Source: an uncultured bacterium (lineage in GTDB: Bacteria; Krumholzibacteriota; Krumholzibacteriia; Krumholzibacteriales; Krumholzibacteriaceae). From it: DNA of 64,000 nucleotides. The DNA lies in NCBI GenBank assembly GCA_964457905.1, contig CAYWGA010000003.1:684-64683 (forward strand), in the 5' to 3' direction. The translations under genes were made by a program, and so were the position numbers. The notes below the pieces were generated by a model. It saw only the letters and a list, made by a program, of their open reading frames with translations. It was not told the origin of the DNA and did no database searches. Shown here one piece after another: positions 38,103 through 49,178 of the stretch (position 1 is the first letter of the stretch; each line of letters begins with the position of its first letter).

Positions 38103-39004
38103 GGATGACATTCCAGGAACTTGTGGCCACCCTCAACGAATTCTGGTCGGCTAAAGGCTGCCTCATCATTACGCCGTACAACTCCGAGGTCGGAGCGGGC
38201 ACGATGAATCCAGGCACTTTCCTCAGGGTCCTCGGGCCCGAACCGTGGAAGGCCGCTTACATCGAGCCGAGCAAGAGGCCCAATGACGGCAGATTCGGAG
38301 AGAACCCGAACAGGGTGCAACAGTTCAACCAGTACCAGGTTATCCTCAAGCCGTCACCTGACAATGTACTTCCTCTATATATAGAGAGCATGAAAGCGAT
38401 CGGTATAGATCCGGATATGCACGACATCCGGCTACTCGAGGACGACTGGGAGTCCCCGACCCTCGGGGCGTCGGGCCTTGGATGGGAGGTCTGGCTCGAC
38501 GGGATGGAGATCACGCAGTTCACCTACTTCCAGCAGGCTGGGGGTCTGGAGCTCGAACCGATCTCCGCCGAGATCACCTATGGGCTCGAGAGGATCGCGA
38601 TGTACATCCAGAAGGTCGATGACATCATGGAGATCGAATGGCACGACGGGGTGAAGTGGGGGGAACTGAACATGCAGGCCGAGCGGGAGTTCAGCGCGTT
38701 CCATTTCGAGCATGCCGACACCGAGATGTACTTCGGTATCTTCGAGAAATTCCAGGGCGAGGCGCGGAGGATGCTCGAAGCGGGACTGATCCTTCCCGCG
38801 TACGACTACGTTCTGAAATGTTCGCATATATTCAATATCCTCGACGCGAGGGGCGCGATTAGCGTCTCCGAGAGGACGAGCTACATAGGCAGGATAAGGG
38901 ACCTTGCGCGGAGGACCGCCGAGGCCTACGTGGCCGAAAGAGAAAGACTCGGGTTCCCCATGCTTCGTGACAAGAAAAAAACCGGAGGAAAGGTTTCGCG
39001 ATGA
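38099..39004 (+). CDS. glyQ: glycine--tRNA ligase alpha subunit
   Basis: Highly conserved GlyQ sequence ([16 protein letters not shown] ... YQVILKPSP). Overlaps recO by 4 nt. Confidence 0.9.
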   Translation: MRMTFQELVATLNEFWSAKGCLIITPYNSEVGAGTMNPGTFLRVLGPEPWKAAYIEPSKRPNDGRFGENPNRVQQFNQYQVILKPSPDNVLPLYIESMKAIGIDPDMHDIRLLEDDWESPTLGASGLGWEVWLDGMEITQFTYFQQAGGLELEPISAEITYGLERIAMYIQKVDDIMEIEWHDGVKWGELNMQAEREFSAFHFEHADTEMYFGIFEKFQGEARRMLEAGLILPAYDYVLKCSHIFNILDARGAISVSERTSYIGRIRDLARRTAEAYVAERERLGFPMLRDKKKTGGKVSR

Positions 39005-41166
39005 AGAACGACTTCCTGCTTGAGATCGGATGCGAGAACCTGCCCAGCGGATATATCGATGGTGCGCTGCGCCAGCTCGAGGAGAGATTCTCGAAAGAGA
39101 TGAACTCACTCAAGATAGAATACGACTCCCTCTATGTTACCGGCACGCCCAACCGTCTGGTCGTTCATCTCAAGGGCCTGCCCGTGAAACAGGAAGGATC
39201 GGTCACGACCGTCACCGGGCCTCCCGTATCGGTCGCCGTGGCCGACGACGGTAGCTGGACGAAGGCCGCCGAGGGGTTTGCCAGGAAACAGGGCGTGAGT
39301 GCAGATGACCTCACCCGGCTCAAGACCGACAAGGGAGAATACCTTGCCGTCAAGGTCACTGAAAAGGGAAGGCCGGTCGATGTCGTCCTGAAGGAGCAGG
39401 TCCCCCTCTGGATATCAGCCCTCCGTTTCCCCAAGGTGATGAAATGGGACAGGACGGACCTGAGATTCGCCAGGCCGGTGCGATGGGTCATGGCGCTGCT
39501 TGGTGAAAAACCGCTGAAGTTCAAACTGGGCCGGCTGACATCCGCTCCGGCGACGAGGCTCTCTCCCTACTTCGAGGAGAGCGTGCCGGTCGAGGGGCAG
39601 GACCATTATTTCAGGCTGCTCAGCAAGGCGCGGATAATACTGGATCGCGGGAAGAGAGAAGAGAAGGTTCGCAAAGAGGCGAACAGTGCCGCCGTGGAAA
39701 CGGGAGGGATCCTGGTCGATGACGCGGAACTCTACTCGATGGTCGCCAATCTTGTCGAGTCCCCGGTCGCGATGGCCGGCTCATTCGACAGGAAGTTCCT
39801 CGAACTGCCCCGCGAGGTGATAGTGACCGCGTTGAAGAGTCATCAGCGGTACTTCTCCGTACAGACGAAGTCGGGGAAGCTGAGGGCGAATTTCATAGCG
39901 TTCGCCGATGGAGCGAGGAAGAACAAGGCGGAGATACTCAAAGGATATGAGAGAGTACTGCAGGCGAGACTTGCAGACGCTGGGTTCTACTACAGGGAAG
40001 ACACCTCGGTGCCCCTGGAGAAGATGTCCGAGCGTCTCGACGGCATCGTCTGGCTCGAGGGGCTCGGGACCCTTGCCGACAAGGCCGCCCGTACCGCCTC
40101 TCTTGCCGGCTGGATATGTGAAGCGTGGAAGCCCGGCGACGACGGACTTGCCGCGAGAGTCAAGCGCGCTGCCCGTCTCGCGAAGGCCGATCTGGCAAGC
40201 GAGATGGTAAAGGACGGCAAGGAGTTCACGAAGCTCCAGGGTTATATCGGCAGGGAATACGCGCTGGCGGCAGGCGAGGATGGCGAAGTCGCCGACGCTG
40301 TCTACGAACACTACCTTCCGAAGTTCTCGGGTGACTCGCTGCCCGCAACCGATACGGGAACGGTGCTTGCGCTCGCCGACAGGCTCGATACGATTTCGGG
40401 ATGTTTCATCCAGGGGTTCGAGCCGACAGGGTCGCAGGATCCATATGCGCTGAGGCGCCAGGCGGTAGGAATACTCCGGATCTGTTCGGAGAAAGGGATA
40501 CCGCTCGAGATCCCCGAAACGCTCGCTTTCAGTCTCGGACAGTTCGGGGAGGAGGCCATCGGCTCATCGGGCAGGCCGGCTGGCGACCTGATGGACGGCA
40601 TGACCGATCTCTTCTCGCAGAGGCTCAACTCGATCCTTCGCTCCGAGGGAAACGATTATGACCTCGTCGCCGCGGTGCTCACAGCGCCATGGCAGTATTC
40701 ATCCGCTGTCGAGGGAATGGCGGCAAGCCTCGCAAAGATGAGGAAAGCGGGAAGACTCCAGGATTTCGCTCTCGCCATGAAGCGTGTCGTCAACATCCTC
40801 CCGAAGGAATACAGGCGGCCCGCTACTAAAGATGAAGGTGACGCCGCACTCATCGAACTCTCGGACGGCGGCAGTGCGGGTGGATCTATCGACCAGGCCC
40901 TCTTTGCCGAGAAATCGGAGAAGAGTCTCTTCGCGGCAGCTTCGAAGGCAGCCGACGAGCTGCTGGCCCTCGGATCATCCGGGCTGGACGGAAGTATCGG
41001 GATCCTCCACGGGCTCGTACCCGAGGTGAACTCGTTTTTCGACGAAGTCCTTGTAAATTGTGAGGACGAGTCTGTCAAAAAGAACAGGATAGCCTTTCTA
41101 CTGGCTCTCAGCAGGATTTCCGGGCGTTTCTGCAATTTTATGGAGATAGTCGCTGACCAGGGGTAG
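39001..41166 (+). CDS. glyS: glycine--tRNA ligase beta subunit
   Basis: GlyS length and domain order. Overlaps glyQ by 4 nt. Confidence 0.85.
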   Translation: MKNDFLLEIGCENLPSGYIDGALRQLEERFSKEMNSLKIEYDSLYVTGTPNRLVVHLKGLPVKQEGSVTTVTGPPVSVAVADDGSWTKAAEGFARKQGVSADDLTRLKTDKGEYLAVKVTEKGRPVDVVLKEQVPLWISALRFPKVMKWDRTDLRFARPVRWVMALLGEKPLKFKLGRLTSAPATRLSPYFEESVPVEGQDHYFRLLSKARIILDRGKREEKVRKEANSAAVETGGILVDDAELYSMVANLVESPVAMAGSFDRKFLELPREVIVTALKSHQRYFSVQTKSGKLRANFIAFADGARKNKAEILKGYERVLQARLADAGFYYREDTSVPLEKMSERLDGIVWLEGLGTLADKAARTASLAGWICEAWKPGDDGLAARVKRAARLAKADLASEMVKDGKEFTKLQGYIGREYALAAGEDGEVADAVYEHYLPKFSGDSLPATDTGTVLALADRLDTISGCFIQGFEPTGSQDPYALRRQAVGILRICSEKGIPLEIPETLAFSLGQFGEEAIGSSGRPAGDLMDGMTDLFSQRLNSILRSEGNDYDLVAAVLTAPWQYSSAVEGMAASLAKMRKAGRLQDFALAMKRVVNILPKEYRRPATKDEGDAALIELSDGGSAGGSIDQALFAEKSEKSLFAAASKAADELLALGSSGLDGSIGILHGLVPEVNSFFDEVLVNCEDESVKKNRIAFLLALSRISGRFCNFMEIVADQG

Positions 41167-41263
41167 TAAGATTATTTTACATTCTGTCCTTTTTTGGCAC
41201 GGTATCATCTCCGCTGAGAACCTGTAATCCTCATAATTGCCTTATTCTAGGTGTATTTGCCGA

Positions 41264-41293
41264 TTGACAAACAGCCCCTTCCTGTGATAAAAT
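41264..41293 (+). promoter_or_regulatory. sigma-70-like promoter TTGACA-N17/18-(A)TAAAAT with a long (~260 nt) leader before the giant secreted-protein gene
   Basis: Consensus -35 hexamer and an AT-rich -10 element. A GGGGGGA RBS lies at the gene start. Confidence 0.35.
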
Positions 41294-41557
41294 CCTCAGG
41301 ATCTCAGAGTAGACGCTTGGTCGTGCCCTTAAGGGCGAACCTTCGTGGTGCGCATGGTTTCCACTACGCCGACCGCCGTTGGAGAGCCAGACTTACTCGA
41401 CATAATTTTGGAGCTCAACGGGAGATATTCCATGCACGGGCCAGCCGGATCACGCAAAGGAGACTTCGAGACGATCCAGTCAGAAGGTTCCAACAGCATC
41501 ACTACTGAGATAATGATAGTTACTGGTTTATTCTCTTAACGCTGGGGGGAATAAATA

Positions 41558-44500
41558 ATGAGGAAAGCCTTAGTAGTATTACTGGGCGTTTGCCTCCTTG
41601 CCCTGTTTGTCGGTTCCGTGTCGGCGCGTGAGATCGACAGAAGCGGCATTCGTGCCATGAAGGACGTCTCCGAGAACCCTGCTCTCATCGATGCGGGTCT
41701 CCAGACTCTCATGGCCTCTGCTGCTGCTGACACATACTGCATCGTATGGTACGACTTCGAGCAGATGGTATGGCAGGGTTGGACGAGCACTGATAACACG
41801 GCTCAGGTAGATATGTTTTTCCACGTTGACGATTTCGCCGGTCTCGGCGGCGGTGACTTCGGTCGCCTCGTGCCGATCGAAGGAACAAAGTCACTGTGGT
41901 GCGGTACCCCTCCGGGAACCGACTTCTACATGTGTTCGTGGTACAACGCTCCTGGTTATGGTAATGGTTGGAATCAGATCACTTATTCGGATCCCTTCTC
42001 CTTTGTCGGGCTCCTGACCTGGTCCTTTACCATTGTTGTCGATTCAGAGCCTGACTGGGATCAGACCCTGATCGAGTACGACGCTGGTGACGACAACTGG
42101 GTGGAGATCACTCGTTACGACGGAGTAGACACTCTGTACGTAGCCGAGCAGCTTCTCCTTGCCCAGGCTGCCACCAAGCTTCGTTATCACTTCATCGCCG
42201 ATGGCGCCTGGTCGGATCAGGATGGTCTCTACGACACCGATGGTGCTTGCATCATCGATGAGATCGAGATCACAGATTCCGGCGGCGTAATTGACTATGA
42301 GGACTTCGAGAGTTATGCCGATGGTGCCCAGGGTATCCTCGGAATCTGGCATACGGCAATAGAAGACGCCTTTGGCGACTATGCTGGTCTCGCGAACAAC
42401 CTCGTTGATAAAGATCCCTGCTCCGATAACTTCGGTACGCAGGTCATGTTCTTCAACGGTTCTTCGTATCCCAGTGCCGATTATCCCGGACTCTTCGATA
42501 CTCCGTTCTGCACGGGTCCCGGCGGAATCTCCGCTCCGTGTCAGGATCAGGCAATTACATCGCCTGTCATCGACATGTCGATGTACTCAATGGCTTGTGA
42601 TGAGACCCAGGACACCGCGATACCTGCTGGCGACGCTTCGCAGCTTGGTGGCGCAGTCCTGAGATTCACCGCATACCGCGATATTCCGCTGTCGAACCTC
42701 GTGTTCTACACCTGGTCAGTCCGTAACATCGATGAAACGGGTTGCCCGGGACAGTGGATGGACCGTAACTTTGTCTACTACGGTGGTGACAAGGATTACA
42801 TCTTCGGCGGCTTCGATGTCTCCGACCTCGTTGGTCCGGACCCGATGCAGATCACCGTTGGTGTATCCGATATGTGTGACGCCTGGTACGGTGTCTATGG
42901 TGACTGCGCGGCTCATACGCCTTCACCTTGGATTGACAATGTACGGATGTACCGCTACAAGACAATCGGTCCGTCCTGGAGCGTTCGTAACCTGGATCTC
43001 TTTCAGGATACGTTCCCCCAGGAAGTTCTTGCTAGCAGCGACCCGATGGAAGAGTTCTGCCGCGTCGATATGTCGAACGACATCGCCCCTGGCGAAGAGT
43101 TCACACGCATCGATCCGGGCGACTCAGCTGTCGTACAGGTTGCGGCTCCTCTCGCTGGCGGCCTCGATACCCTGGCCACCGGTGAAGCAAGAGTCTACTG
43201 CCTCGTTAACACCACATTCCTCGGTCTCGACGGAAAGCCGGACCTCTTCGGCCCGACGCTTGCGGGAACCTACGGAACGTACGTAATTGACGACGGCAAC
43301 TGGACGACCTTCCTTATGGAGCCTGCCGCTACTTCGGCCGGCAACATTGCACCCGACAAGTACTGCATCGATCTCAATGACTCGCTGTTCACACGCGGTT
43401 ATATGATCGAGTATTACTTTACGGCATACGAGTTCGGCGGCGCCTCCTCGAACTTCCCCGCATCTGCGCAGGAAGCCGACGGCAATCGCTATGAGCTCAC
43501 CTGTCTGCCGACCCTGAGGGTCGTTCCGGGCGTACTGTACTGCGACGATTTCCACAACCGTGGAACGTTCGTTGGAACACCTGAGCAGTACTTCTGGCCT
43601 GCGTTCGAGGCTGTCGTTTCAGCCCCGATCGATATGCCGGACAGGTACGACACCAACGGACCGTCCTCCGGTGTCAGCAACGGCATTGGCGCCTACACTT
43701 CGGTGACGGACGCCTCGTCGATATTCTGTACCGCCTACGAGAAGGTCATCCACGACTCCGGCGATCTCAACTCGGTAACGATTACCGAGGGTACCGAGAA
43801 CTCCGACAAGTCGAACGATGCCCAGCTGCTCGTAGACTGGATGAACGTTTCCGAGCACAAGGTCGGACTCCTTGTAATGGGCGACCAGGTCGCCTACGAC
43901 CTTTCACTGTCAGCTGCTGCCGTCTCTCTTGAGCTCGTCAGCACGATCTGCGGTGTCACGCTCGACAACAGCAGTTACTACGACATGACCGGTGGCCGCG
44001 AAGCCGGCGGCGTTGTAACTCCTCTCATCACTGGTACAACAGGCGGCCCGTACGCTGGACTTTCGTACTATGCCTACGGGGGCTGCCCGGTCGTCAACAA
44101 CTTCGACGTTCTCGAGATCACAGGCCCTGGCCAGTACGCGCTTGAGTATCCTATATACAACAGCCTGTCGTACTATGCTGGTATCTACACAGACCAGCTG
44201 AACAACGCCAGCCAGCCTCTCAGGACCGTCTGGGTCGGACACAGCTTCCAGATCATCCGTAATGCCTCGAACACCGTCGCTGCCAGGAACGAGTTCCTGC
44301 AGATGACGTATAATCTCTTCGAGAATCCTGTCGGTGTGGATATAACCGACAGCGAGCCGACTCCGATGGCATACGGCCTCGCGCAGAACTTCCCCAACCC
44401 GTTCAACCCGTCGACGCGGATCCAGTTTGCGATGCCCACCAAGGGTCACGTAAGCCTGAAGATCTACAACGTGGCTGGACAGTTGGTCAAGACTCTGCAG

Positions 44501-44647
44501 AATGGTGTCATGGATGCTGGTTCTCATGAGCTCACCTGGGATGGATCGAACAACCTGGGTAGCAACGTTGCTTCTGGCGTTTACTTCTACAAAATAAACG
44601 CTGGCGACAACTACGAGAACATGAAGAAGATGGTTCTTCTCAGGTAG
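41558..44647 (+). CDS. giant secreted protein (1029 aa) with T9SS C-terminal sorting domain, hypothetical
   Basis: Signal peptide. Cys-rich and Asp-rich regions. The C-terminus is NFPNPFNPSTRIQF ... SGVYFYKI (T9SS CTD). Confidence 0.7.
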   Translation: MRKALVVLLGVCLLALFVGSVSAREIDRSGIRAMKDVSENPALIDAGLQTLMASAAADTYCIVWYDFEQMVWQGWTSTDNTAQVDMFFHVDDFAGLGGGDFGRLVPIEGTKSLWCGTPPGTDFYMCSWYNAPGYGNGWNQITYSDPFSFVGLLTWSFTIVVDSEPDWDQTLIEYDAGDDNWVEITRYDGVDTLYVAEQLLLAQAATKLRYHFIADGAWSDQDGLYDTDGACIIDEIEITDSGGVIDYEDFESYADGAQGILGIWHTAIEDAFGDYAGLANNLVDKDPCSDNFGTQVMFFNGSSYPSADYPGLFDTPFCTGPGGISAPCQDQAITSPVIDMSMYSMACDETQDTAIPAGDASQLGGAVLRFTAYRDIPLSNLVFYTWSVRNIDETGCPGQWMDRNFVYYGGDKDYIFGGFDVSDLVGPDPMQITVGVSDMCDAWYGVYGDCAAHTPSPWIDNVRMYRYKTIGPSWSVRNLDLFQDTFPQEVLASSDPMEEFCRVDMSNDIAPGEEFTRIDPGDSAVVQVAAPLAGGLDTLATGEARVYCLVNTTFLGLDGKPDLFGPTLAGTYGTYVIDDGNWTTFLMEPAATSAGNIAPDKYCIDLNDSLFTRGYMIEYYFTAYEFGGASSNFPASAQEADGNRYELTCLPTLRVVPGVLYCDDFHNRGTFVGTPEQYFWPAFEAVVSAPIDMPDRYDTNGPSSGVSNGIGAYTSVTDASSIFCTAYEKVIHDSGDLNSVTITEGTENSDKSNDAQLLVDWMNVSEHKVGLLVMGDQVAYDLSLSAAAVSLELVSTICGVTLDNSSYYDMTGGREAGGVVTPLITGTTGGPYAGLSYYAYGGCPVVNNFDVLEITGPGQYALEYPIYNSLSYYAGIYTDQLNNASQPLRTVWVGHSFQIIRNASNTVAARNEFLQMTYNLFENPVGVDITDSEPTPMAYGLAQNFPNPFNPSTRIQFAMPTKGHVSLKIYNVAGQLVKTLQNGVMDAGSHELTWDGSNNLGSNVASGVYFYKINAGDNYENMKKMVLLR

Positions 44648-44683
44648 TACCGGGCAACCGGGAATCCTATGAGGATTCGCTTC

Positions 44684-44718
44684 GGAGGCCGGGGTTTCGA
44701 CTCCGGCCTCCTTTTTTT
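44684..44718 (+). terminator. rho-independent terminator (GGAGGCCGG/CCGGCCTCC stem plus T7)
   Basis: Perfect 9-bp GC-rich stem, a 10-nt loop, and seven T residues. Confidence 0.75.
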
Positions 44719-44813
44719 GCGTCCGTTCCTCCCTCTTTCAGGGGTGATTTCCCGGGACCGTGAGATTCCTGCCTGAAATGGCCTTTCAGATGCGCTGAAC
44801 CGCCCGAAATATA

Positions 44814-44843
44814 TTGACATGCGGAATTCCAGATACATATATT
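44814..44843 (+). promoter_or_regulatory. sigma-70-like promoter TTGACA-N17-ATATAT upstream of the lipoprotein paralog pair
   Basis: Consensus -35 hexamer and an AT-rich -10 element, about 50 nt before the ATG. Confidence 0.3.
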
Positions 44844-44894
44844 ACATGTAGGTTTGGAGAGAAATATATCCTTATGAAATAGTCCCAAAGAAGG

Positions 44895-46856
44895 GTGGAA
44901 ATGAAGCGTTTCAACTCAAGGAATATTATAGGATTAATAATGCTTTCGGCCCTGGTCCTTCTTGTCATGTTTCCGGCATGCAGGCAGGAACAGGATCCGC
45001 TGGACAGGAACAGGGCGCCGGAGACAGTTCTTACAGTAGCCCCTCCTGAGACCACAAACGCGGAATACAGGGTCCATATGTACTGGTACGGTGAGGACAA
45101 GGACGGGATAGTCACCCGGTTCATGTGGTACCGTTCCGATACCCTCAGGACCCTCAGGCCGGACCTCGAGCCAGAACTCGATCTGCTCGACTGGAATCCC
45201 GAAGCGAGGAAAGACGATTACGAAACAGGTACGTTCACAACGACGAGCGATACGGTTCTCGTATTCACCGGATTCGGTATCACGACTGGCGCCATGTTGA
45301 ACAGGCAGGCATTTCACATCGTTGCGGTGGATGACGGCGGGAGAATGGACAAGACGCCGGCCAGGGTGCAGTTCTTCGCGAGGGTCAATTGTATTCCGGA
45401 AGTCAAGTTCTGGTTCGCGAGTGAGACTGTCGGCAGCAAACCGTATGTCCCCGGTGATTTTGATACTATCAGTATGTTCGAGCCGTTCTGTATACGGTTT
45501 ATCGGCGAGACCTGCAACAATCTGATCAACGGATACCAGTGGATCTACGGAGGAAGCGTATACCCTGATTATAACAATGATGGAGTACCCGACTGGTACA
45601 TACCCACATATGAACCCCCGGAGACCGTGCAGGTATGCATCGAGAACCAGGGAGCGACGCGTGTCTCTGAGGGTGATTTCTACTTCAGAGTAACAGCGAG
45701 AGACGAGGCGGGAGCAAGATCAAAGGCTGATATCGTCACTGGCGAGGGTGTCTTCCAGGTCGTGGTCAACCATGATCCGGACACAGATATCCTGTTCGCG
45801 GAGAATTTCTATACCGATCAGGCAGGAGTGCAGCATGAGGTGCTGATCGACTTTGACGACGCCGATCCTGATACGATGCCTTACAACTCCAGGCTGAGGA
45901 TGCATTATCTCGGCTGGGATGACCCCAAAGACAGCCTTGAATATACCGATCCGCCGATACCTATGAGGTTTCAGTTCAAGTTCGAGCGCTGGGGATTCGG
46001 CCTGAGCGGTGGTGTGTCGAGCCACAAACCTGCCTGGATGCCTGAGCAGAGGGCGGAGGACACAAACTGCAATTCCAATGAGGATTCGACGACGATGATG
46101 ATCGGGACCTACGATTATCTCTTCCTGTCCAAGGCATTCGACGAGCAGTACCGCTATGACCATACGCCCGACACGGTCCAGTTCGTCGGCAGTTTCCCGC
46201 CGGGAATAGACAAGATCTCCATGGCGTTTGATTCGATTCCGTATACTCCGGGGCTCGAGCTGGCCGACATCAAGGGCGATACTGTCTATATTGCGTTCGG
46301 ACAACCGCTGGCCCCCAGGCCGGAAGAGGACTATGTCTCGCCGTATCTTGCCCAGTACGACGCTGTAAACCAAGTATTCAACATGTTCTTTAAACTCTAC
46401 ATAGACGGGGCCGGACATGATGATTACAGGGATCCTCCCGAATCGGGAATCAAGGGCTGGTGGTTCTCGATCGATGCGGAAGAGGAGTATTACTACCGCG
46501 GTGAGGAAGAGTGGCTATACGACTTTGACCCTGACACGATACTTCAGAGTATCAGTTTCAGGCTTGTAGTTCCGCAAGATCAGGATTTTACCGCTTACCC
46601 TCGCCCCGATTCGATGTTCGTGAACAATCAGCCCCTGTGGATGGGGGATCAGGATCTGACGGTCGTCGGGTCGGATCTTCATTCCTCGGAGCTCTTCAAC
46701 GAGGCCATCAGAGGAATCAGCCCGAAATATGTCGATCTTGATCCCTGCAATGAACTCCTCACTCCAGGCAGATGGATCAATCAGGACCGTGGCGTCGCCA
46801 ACTATGCCAGGACGGATACGTACAACGGCTGGTTCTATATGAAGCTGGTGTACTAG
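44895..46856 (+). CDS. large lipoprotein (653 aa), hypothetical; paralog of the next gene
   Basis: Lipobox (MFPAC). Shares the Y-x-V-H-x-Y-W-x-G-x-D-x-D-G and F-x-x-x-A-V-D blocks with the 46866 protein. Confidence 0.6.
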   Translation: MEMKRFNSRNIIGLIMLSALVLLVMFPACRQEQDPLDRNRAPETVLTVAPPETTNAEYRVHMYWYGEDKDGIVTRFMWYRSDTLRTLRPDLEPELDLLDWNPEARKDDYETGTFTTTSDTVLVFTGFGITTGAMLNRQAFHIVAVDDGGRMDKTPARVQFFARVNCIPEVKFWFASETVGSKPYVPGDFDTISMFEPFCIRFIGETCNNLINGYQWIYGGSVYPDYNNDGVPDWYIPTYEPPETVQVCIENQGATRVSEGDFYFRVTARDEAGARSKADIVTGEGVFQVVVNHDPDTDILFAENFYTDQAGVQHEVLIDFDDADPDTMPYNSRLRMHYLGWDDPKDSLEYTDPPIPMRFQFKFERWGFGLSGGVSSHKPAWMPEQRAEDTNCNSNEDSTTMMIGTYDYLFLSKAFDEQYRYDHTPDTVQFVGSFPPGIDKISMAFDSIPYTPGLELADIKGDTVYIAFGQPLAPRPEEDYVSPYLAQYDAVNQVFNMFFKLYIDGAGHDDYRDPPESGIKGWWFSIDAEEEYYYRGEEEWLYDFDPDTILQSISFRLVVPQDQDFTAYPRPDSMFVNNQPLWMGDQDLTVVGSDLHSSELFNEAIRGISPKYVDLDPCNELLTPGRWINQDRGVANYARTDTYNGWFYMKLVY

Positions 46857-46865
46857 GGATAATAC

Positions 46866-49178
46866 ATGACTACCGAGCCCGTGGGTACGAGTTCCGGGTC
46901 TCAGGAGGTTGAAGGTCTAATGCGAAAAATACTGCTCTCTGCCTTGATTATCTCGTTCCTGGCCGCGATAGCGATGCTGGCTGGATGCGGCAATGAGGTC
47001 TATACCGGCGAACCGGACGAGAACGATAAGCCAGAGATCTGGCTTTCCAGTGGTCCGGTCGAGGGAGATACGACCGGTTACCAGGTGCATTTCTACTGGA
47101 GCGGCTGGGATCCTGACGGTGAGATAGAGTATTTTGAGTTCGTAGTATCGGAAGGGGACCCGATAGGGTTCAATCCGGCCGATACAGCGGGACTCGATAA
47201 ATGGACCGTTACTTCGGTACATGACAGCGTGTTCCGTGTTCCCGCGGATGATAATCCAAGGCCCTGGGAACCGAATCCGCTTTATACAAAGTATGACAAG
47301 ACGCACACGTTCTTTATAAGAGCGGTCGATATGGAGGGCAAAAGGTCGGATCCGGCTCACAGGTCGTTTACCGCATGGACCCTTGCTCCGACTATACAGA
47401 TCGACAGACCGGTAGGTACGACTCGTACATACAGCACCGTTATAACGTTCGGATGGACAGGCAATGACCCGATCGACAGCCCGAACAATTCGCAGGATCC
47501 TGATTCGATCCGCTACCTCTGGTCACAGATCGTGAACAGAGAGGGAATTTACGACGCTACCTTCAATATCATCGACGATCTTAACCGGGATCCCGAGTAT
47601 TACGAGCCTTTATGGGGCCCCTGGGTCTTTTACCGCGCCGAGGGAGATTCAGGCAAGCAGACGATACTGGGCGACGATGAGATCCTCGAGATAAGCAGGA
47701 GCCACATATTCGCTCTCCAGGCCAAGGACGACGCGGGCGCTGTGACAGCCGTGTTCCAGAAGGACAGGAACGTAAGGCAGTTCCTCGTTTCGGACAAATC
47801 CGGCCCTCTGCTGCAGGTTACAGAAACATATCTTGGCAGTAACAGGTTCCTCGGACCCGACATGAATTATGTGCAGAGCGATCTGCCTCCCGGTGTGCCT
47901 CTGAACTTCAGATGGGACGCTAACGCTGATGATTACGGCGGCGAGATCCAGAGCTACCGGTACGGCTGGGATATTCAGCAGCTCGATGATCCTGCCCAGT
48001 GGGCCGTTGCCGCGAGCCCGTTTATAAAGACCGCGGCGACGCAGACCTATTATTCCGGGGTCCACAGGTTCCTCGTGGAGGTCGTCGACAACGGACAGAA
48101 GATCACCTATGGAAAGGTAGAGGTCACGATCATTCCCTTCTCGATGGAGAGGAATCTGCTCTGGGTAGATGATTATCCTCTTGGCGGGTATATTCCGTCG
48201 ATGACAGATCCATCAGAGGCTGTGCACGATACCTTCTGGGTCAATATCTGCCAGAGAACTCCCGATTTCAGGCCCGACAGGGATGTTTACGATGTATCGT
48301 CCCAGAACTCGAGACCGCCTGAGATGGAGCAGATCGGGCATTACGCAAATATCATCTGGACATACAGCTCATCGATCAGTACGGCGTGGAGGCAGATCAT
48401 TCCGTTCGTTCCTGAGTCGATGATCGGTACGGGAACACAGCTTACAATCAATTACCTGTCACTCTTCCTCGCGAAGGGTGGACATCTGCTCTCATCTGGA
48501 AGGGCCGACAGGCCCGGCGGCGGAGTCGTCGATGCGTTCCCTCAGCCGCCTCTGCTTCCAGCGTCATTCAAGTATGACATGGCGGGCTTGGTATCGGAGG
48601 ATACTAGCGGTGTCAACTCGATGCCGTACAAGGATTACTGCATCAGCGTCGTCGACAAGGTTTCGGGAGTCTTCCACAGCGGCGAGGATATGGCGCCGAA
48701 TGTCAACAGGAACCTTGACAGGGACGGGGCGAGATATATGGTCAAGGATACTGAAGATACCGGTGAGGACGGCATCTCGGATTATCCCGGCTTCCCTGAT
48801 ACCCTGCTTCTGGATGATCATGTGATCTGCCAGAACTGTTTCTTCAATCCCCAGATCCGTGGGTTCACATATGTAGAGATCTATGATCCGCAGTACTGGA
48901 TGGACTTCAGGCTCATCCCTTCTTCCTTGTCATGTTATCACGCTATGTACAGGATGAGAGCGCGTTCGACGATCTCTCCGGTCGACGAGCAGGCGACCGG
49001 CGTGATCATAACCAAGTACCGTATCAGCTTCGAGGAAGATATCGCGAACGGCAAGCCGGTAACGATCCTTCCGGCTGACAGTTTCCACTTCGGTTTTCCG
49101 CTGTGGTTCTTCGAGCGCGATAAGGTCGATCAGTTGATGAATGAGATATTTGCCGAGTGGCAGATTCTGGATGAATAG
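46866..49178 (+). CDS. large lipoprotein (770 aa), hypothetical; paralog of the previous gene
   Basis: Lipobox (MLAGC). The paralogous motif blocks are YQVHFYWSGWDPDGEIEYF and FFIRAVDMEGKRSDP. Confidence 0.6.
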   Translation: MTTEPVGTSSGSQEVEGLMRKILLSALIISFLAAIAMLAGCGNEVYTGEPDENDKPEIWLSSGPVEGDTTGYQVHFYWSGWDPDGEIEYFEFVVSEGDPIGFNPADTAGLDKWTVTSVHDSVFRVPADDNPRPWEPNPLYTKYDKTHTFFIRAVDMEGKRSDPAHRSFTAWTLAPTIQIDRPVGTTRTYSTVITFGWTGNDPIDSPNNSQDPDSIRYLWSQIVNREGIYDATFNIIDDLNRDPEYYEPLWGPWVFYRAEGDSGKQTILGDDEILEISRSHIFALQAKDDAGAVTAVFQKDRNVRQFLVSDKSGPLLQVTETYLGSNRFLGPDMNYVQSDLPPGVPLNFRWDANADDYGGEIQSYRYGWDIQQLDDPAQWAVAASPFIKTAATQTYYSGVHRFLVEVVDNGQKITYGKVEVTIIPFSMERNLLWVDDYPLGGYIPSMTDPSEAVHDTFWVNICQRTPDFRPDRDVYDVSSQNSRPPEMEQIGHYANIIWTYSSSISTAWRQIIPFVPESMIGTGTQLTINYLSLFLAKGGHLLSSGRADRPGGGVVDAFPQPPLLPASFKYDMAGLVSEDTSGVNSMPYKDYCISVVDKVSGVFHSGEDMAPNVNRNLDRDGARYMVKDTEDTGEDGISDYPGFPDTLLLDDHVICQNCFFNPQIRGFTYVEIYDPQYWMDFRLIPSSLSCYHAMYRMRARSTISPVDEQATGVIITKYRISFEEDIANGKPVTILPADSFHFGFPLWFFERDKVDQLMNEIFAEWQILDE

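Noticed and set aside
41195-41215. TTGGCACGG hexamer after glyS
   Set aside because: No -12 TTGC element at the correct spacing. A sigma-70-like promoter downstream (41264) explains transcription instead.
41251-41539. Two small ORFs (85 and 64 aa) in the leader of the giant secreted-protein gene
   Set aside because: They overlap each other in different frames, lack an RBS, and have basic low-complexity translations. They are more likely part of a long untranslated leader, which is noted as a finding instead.
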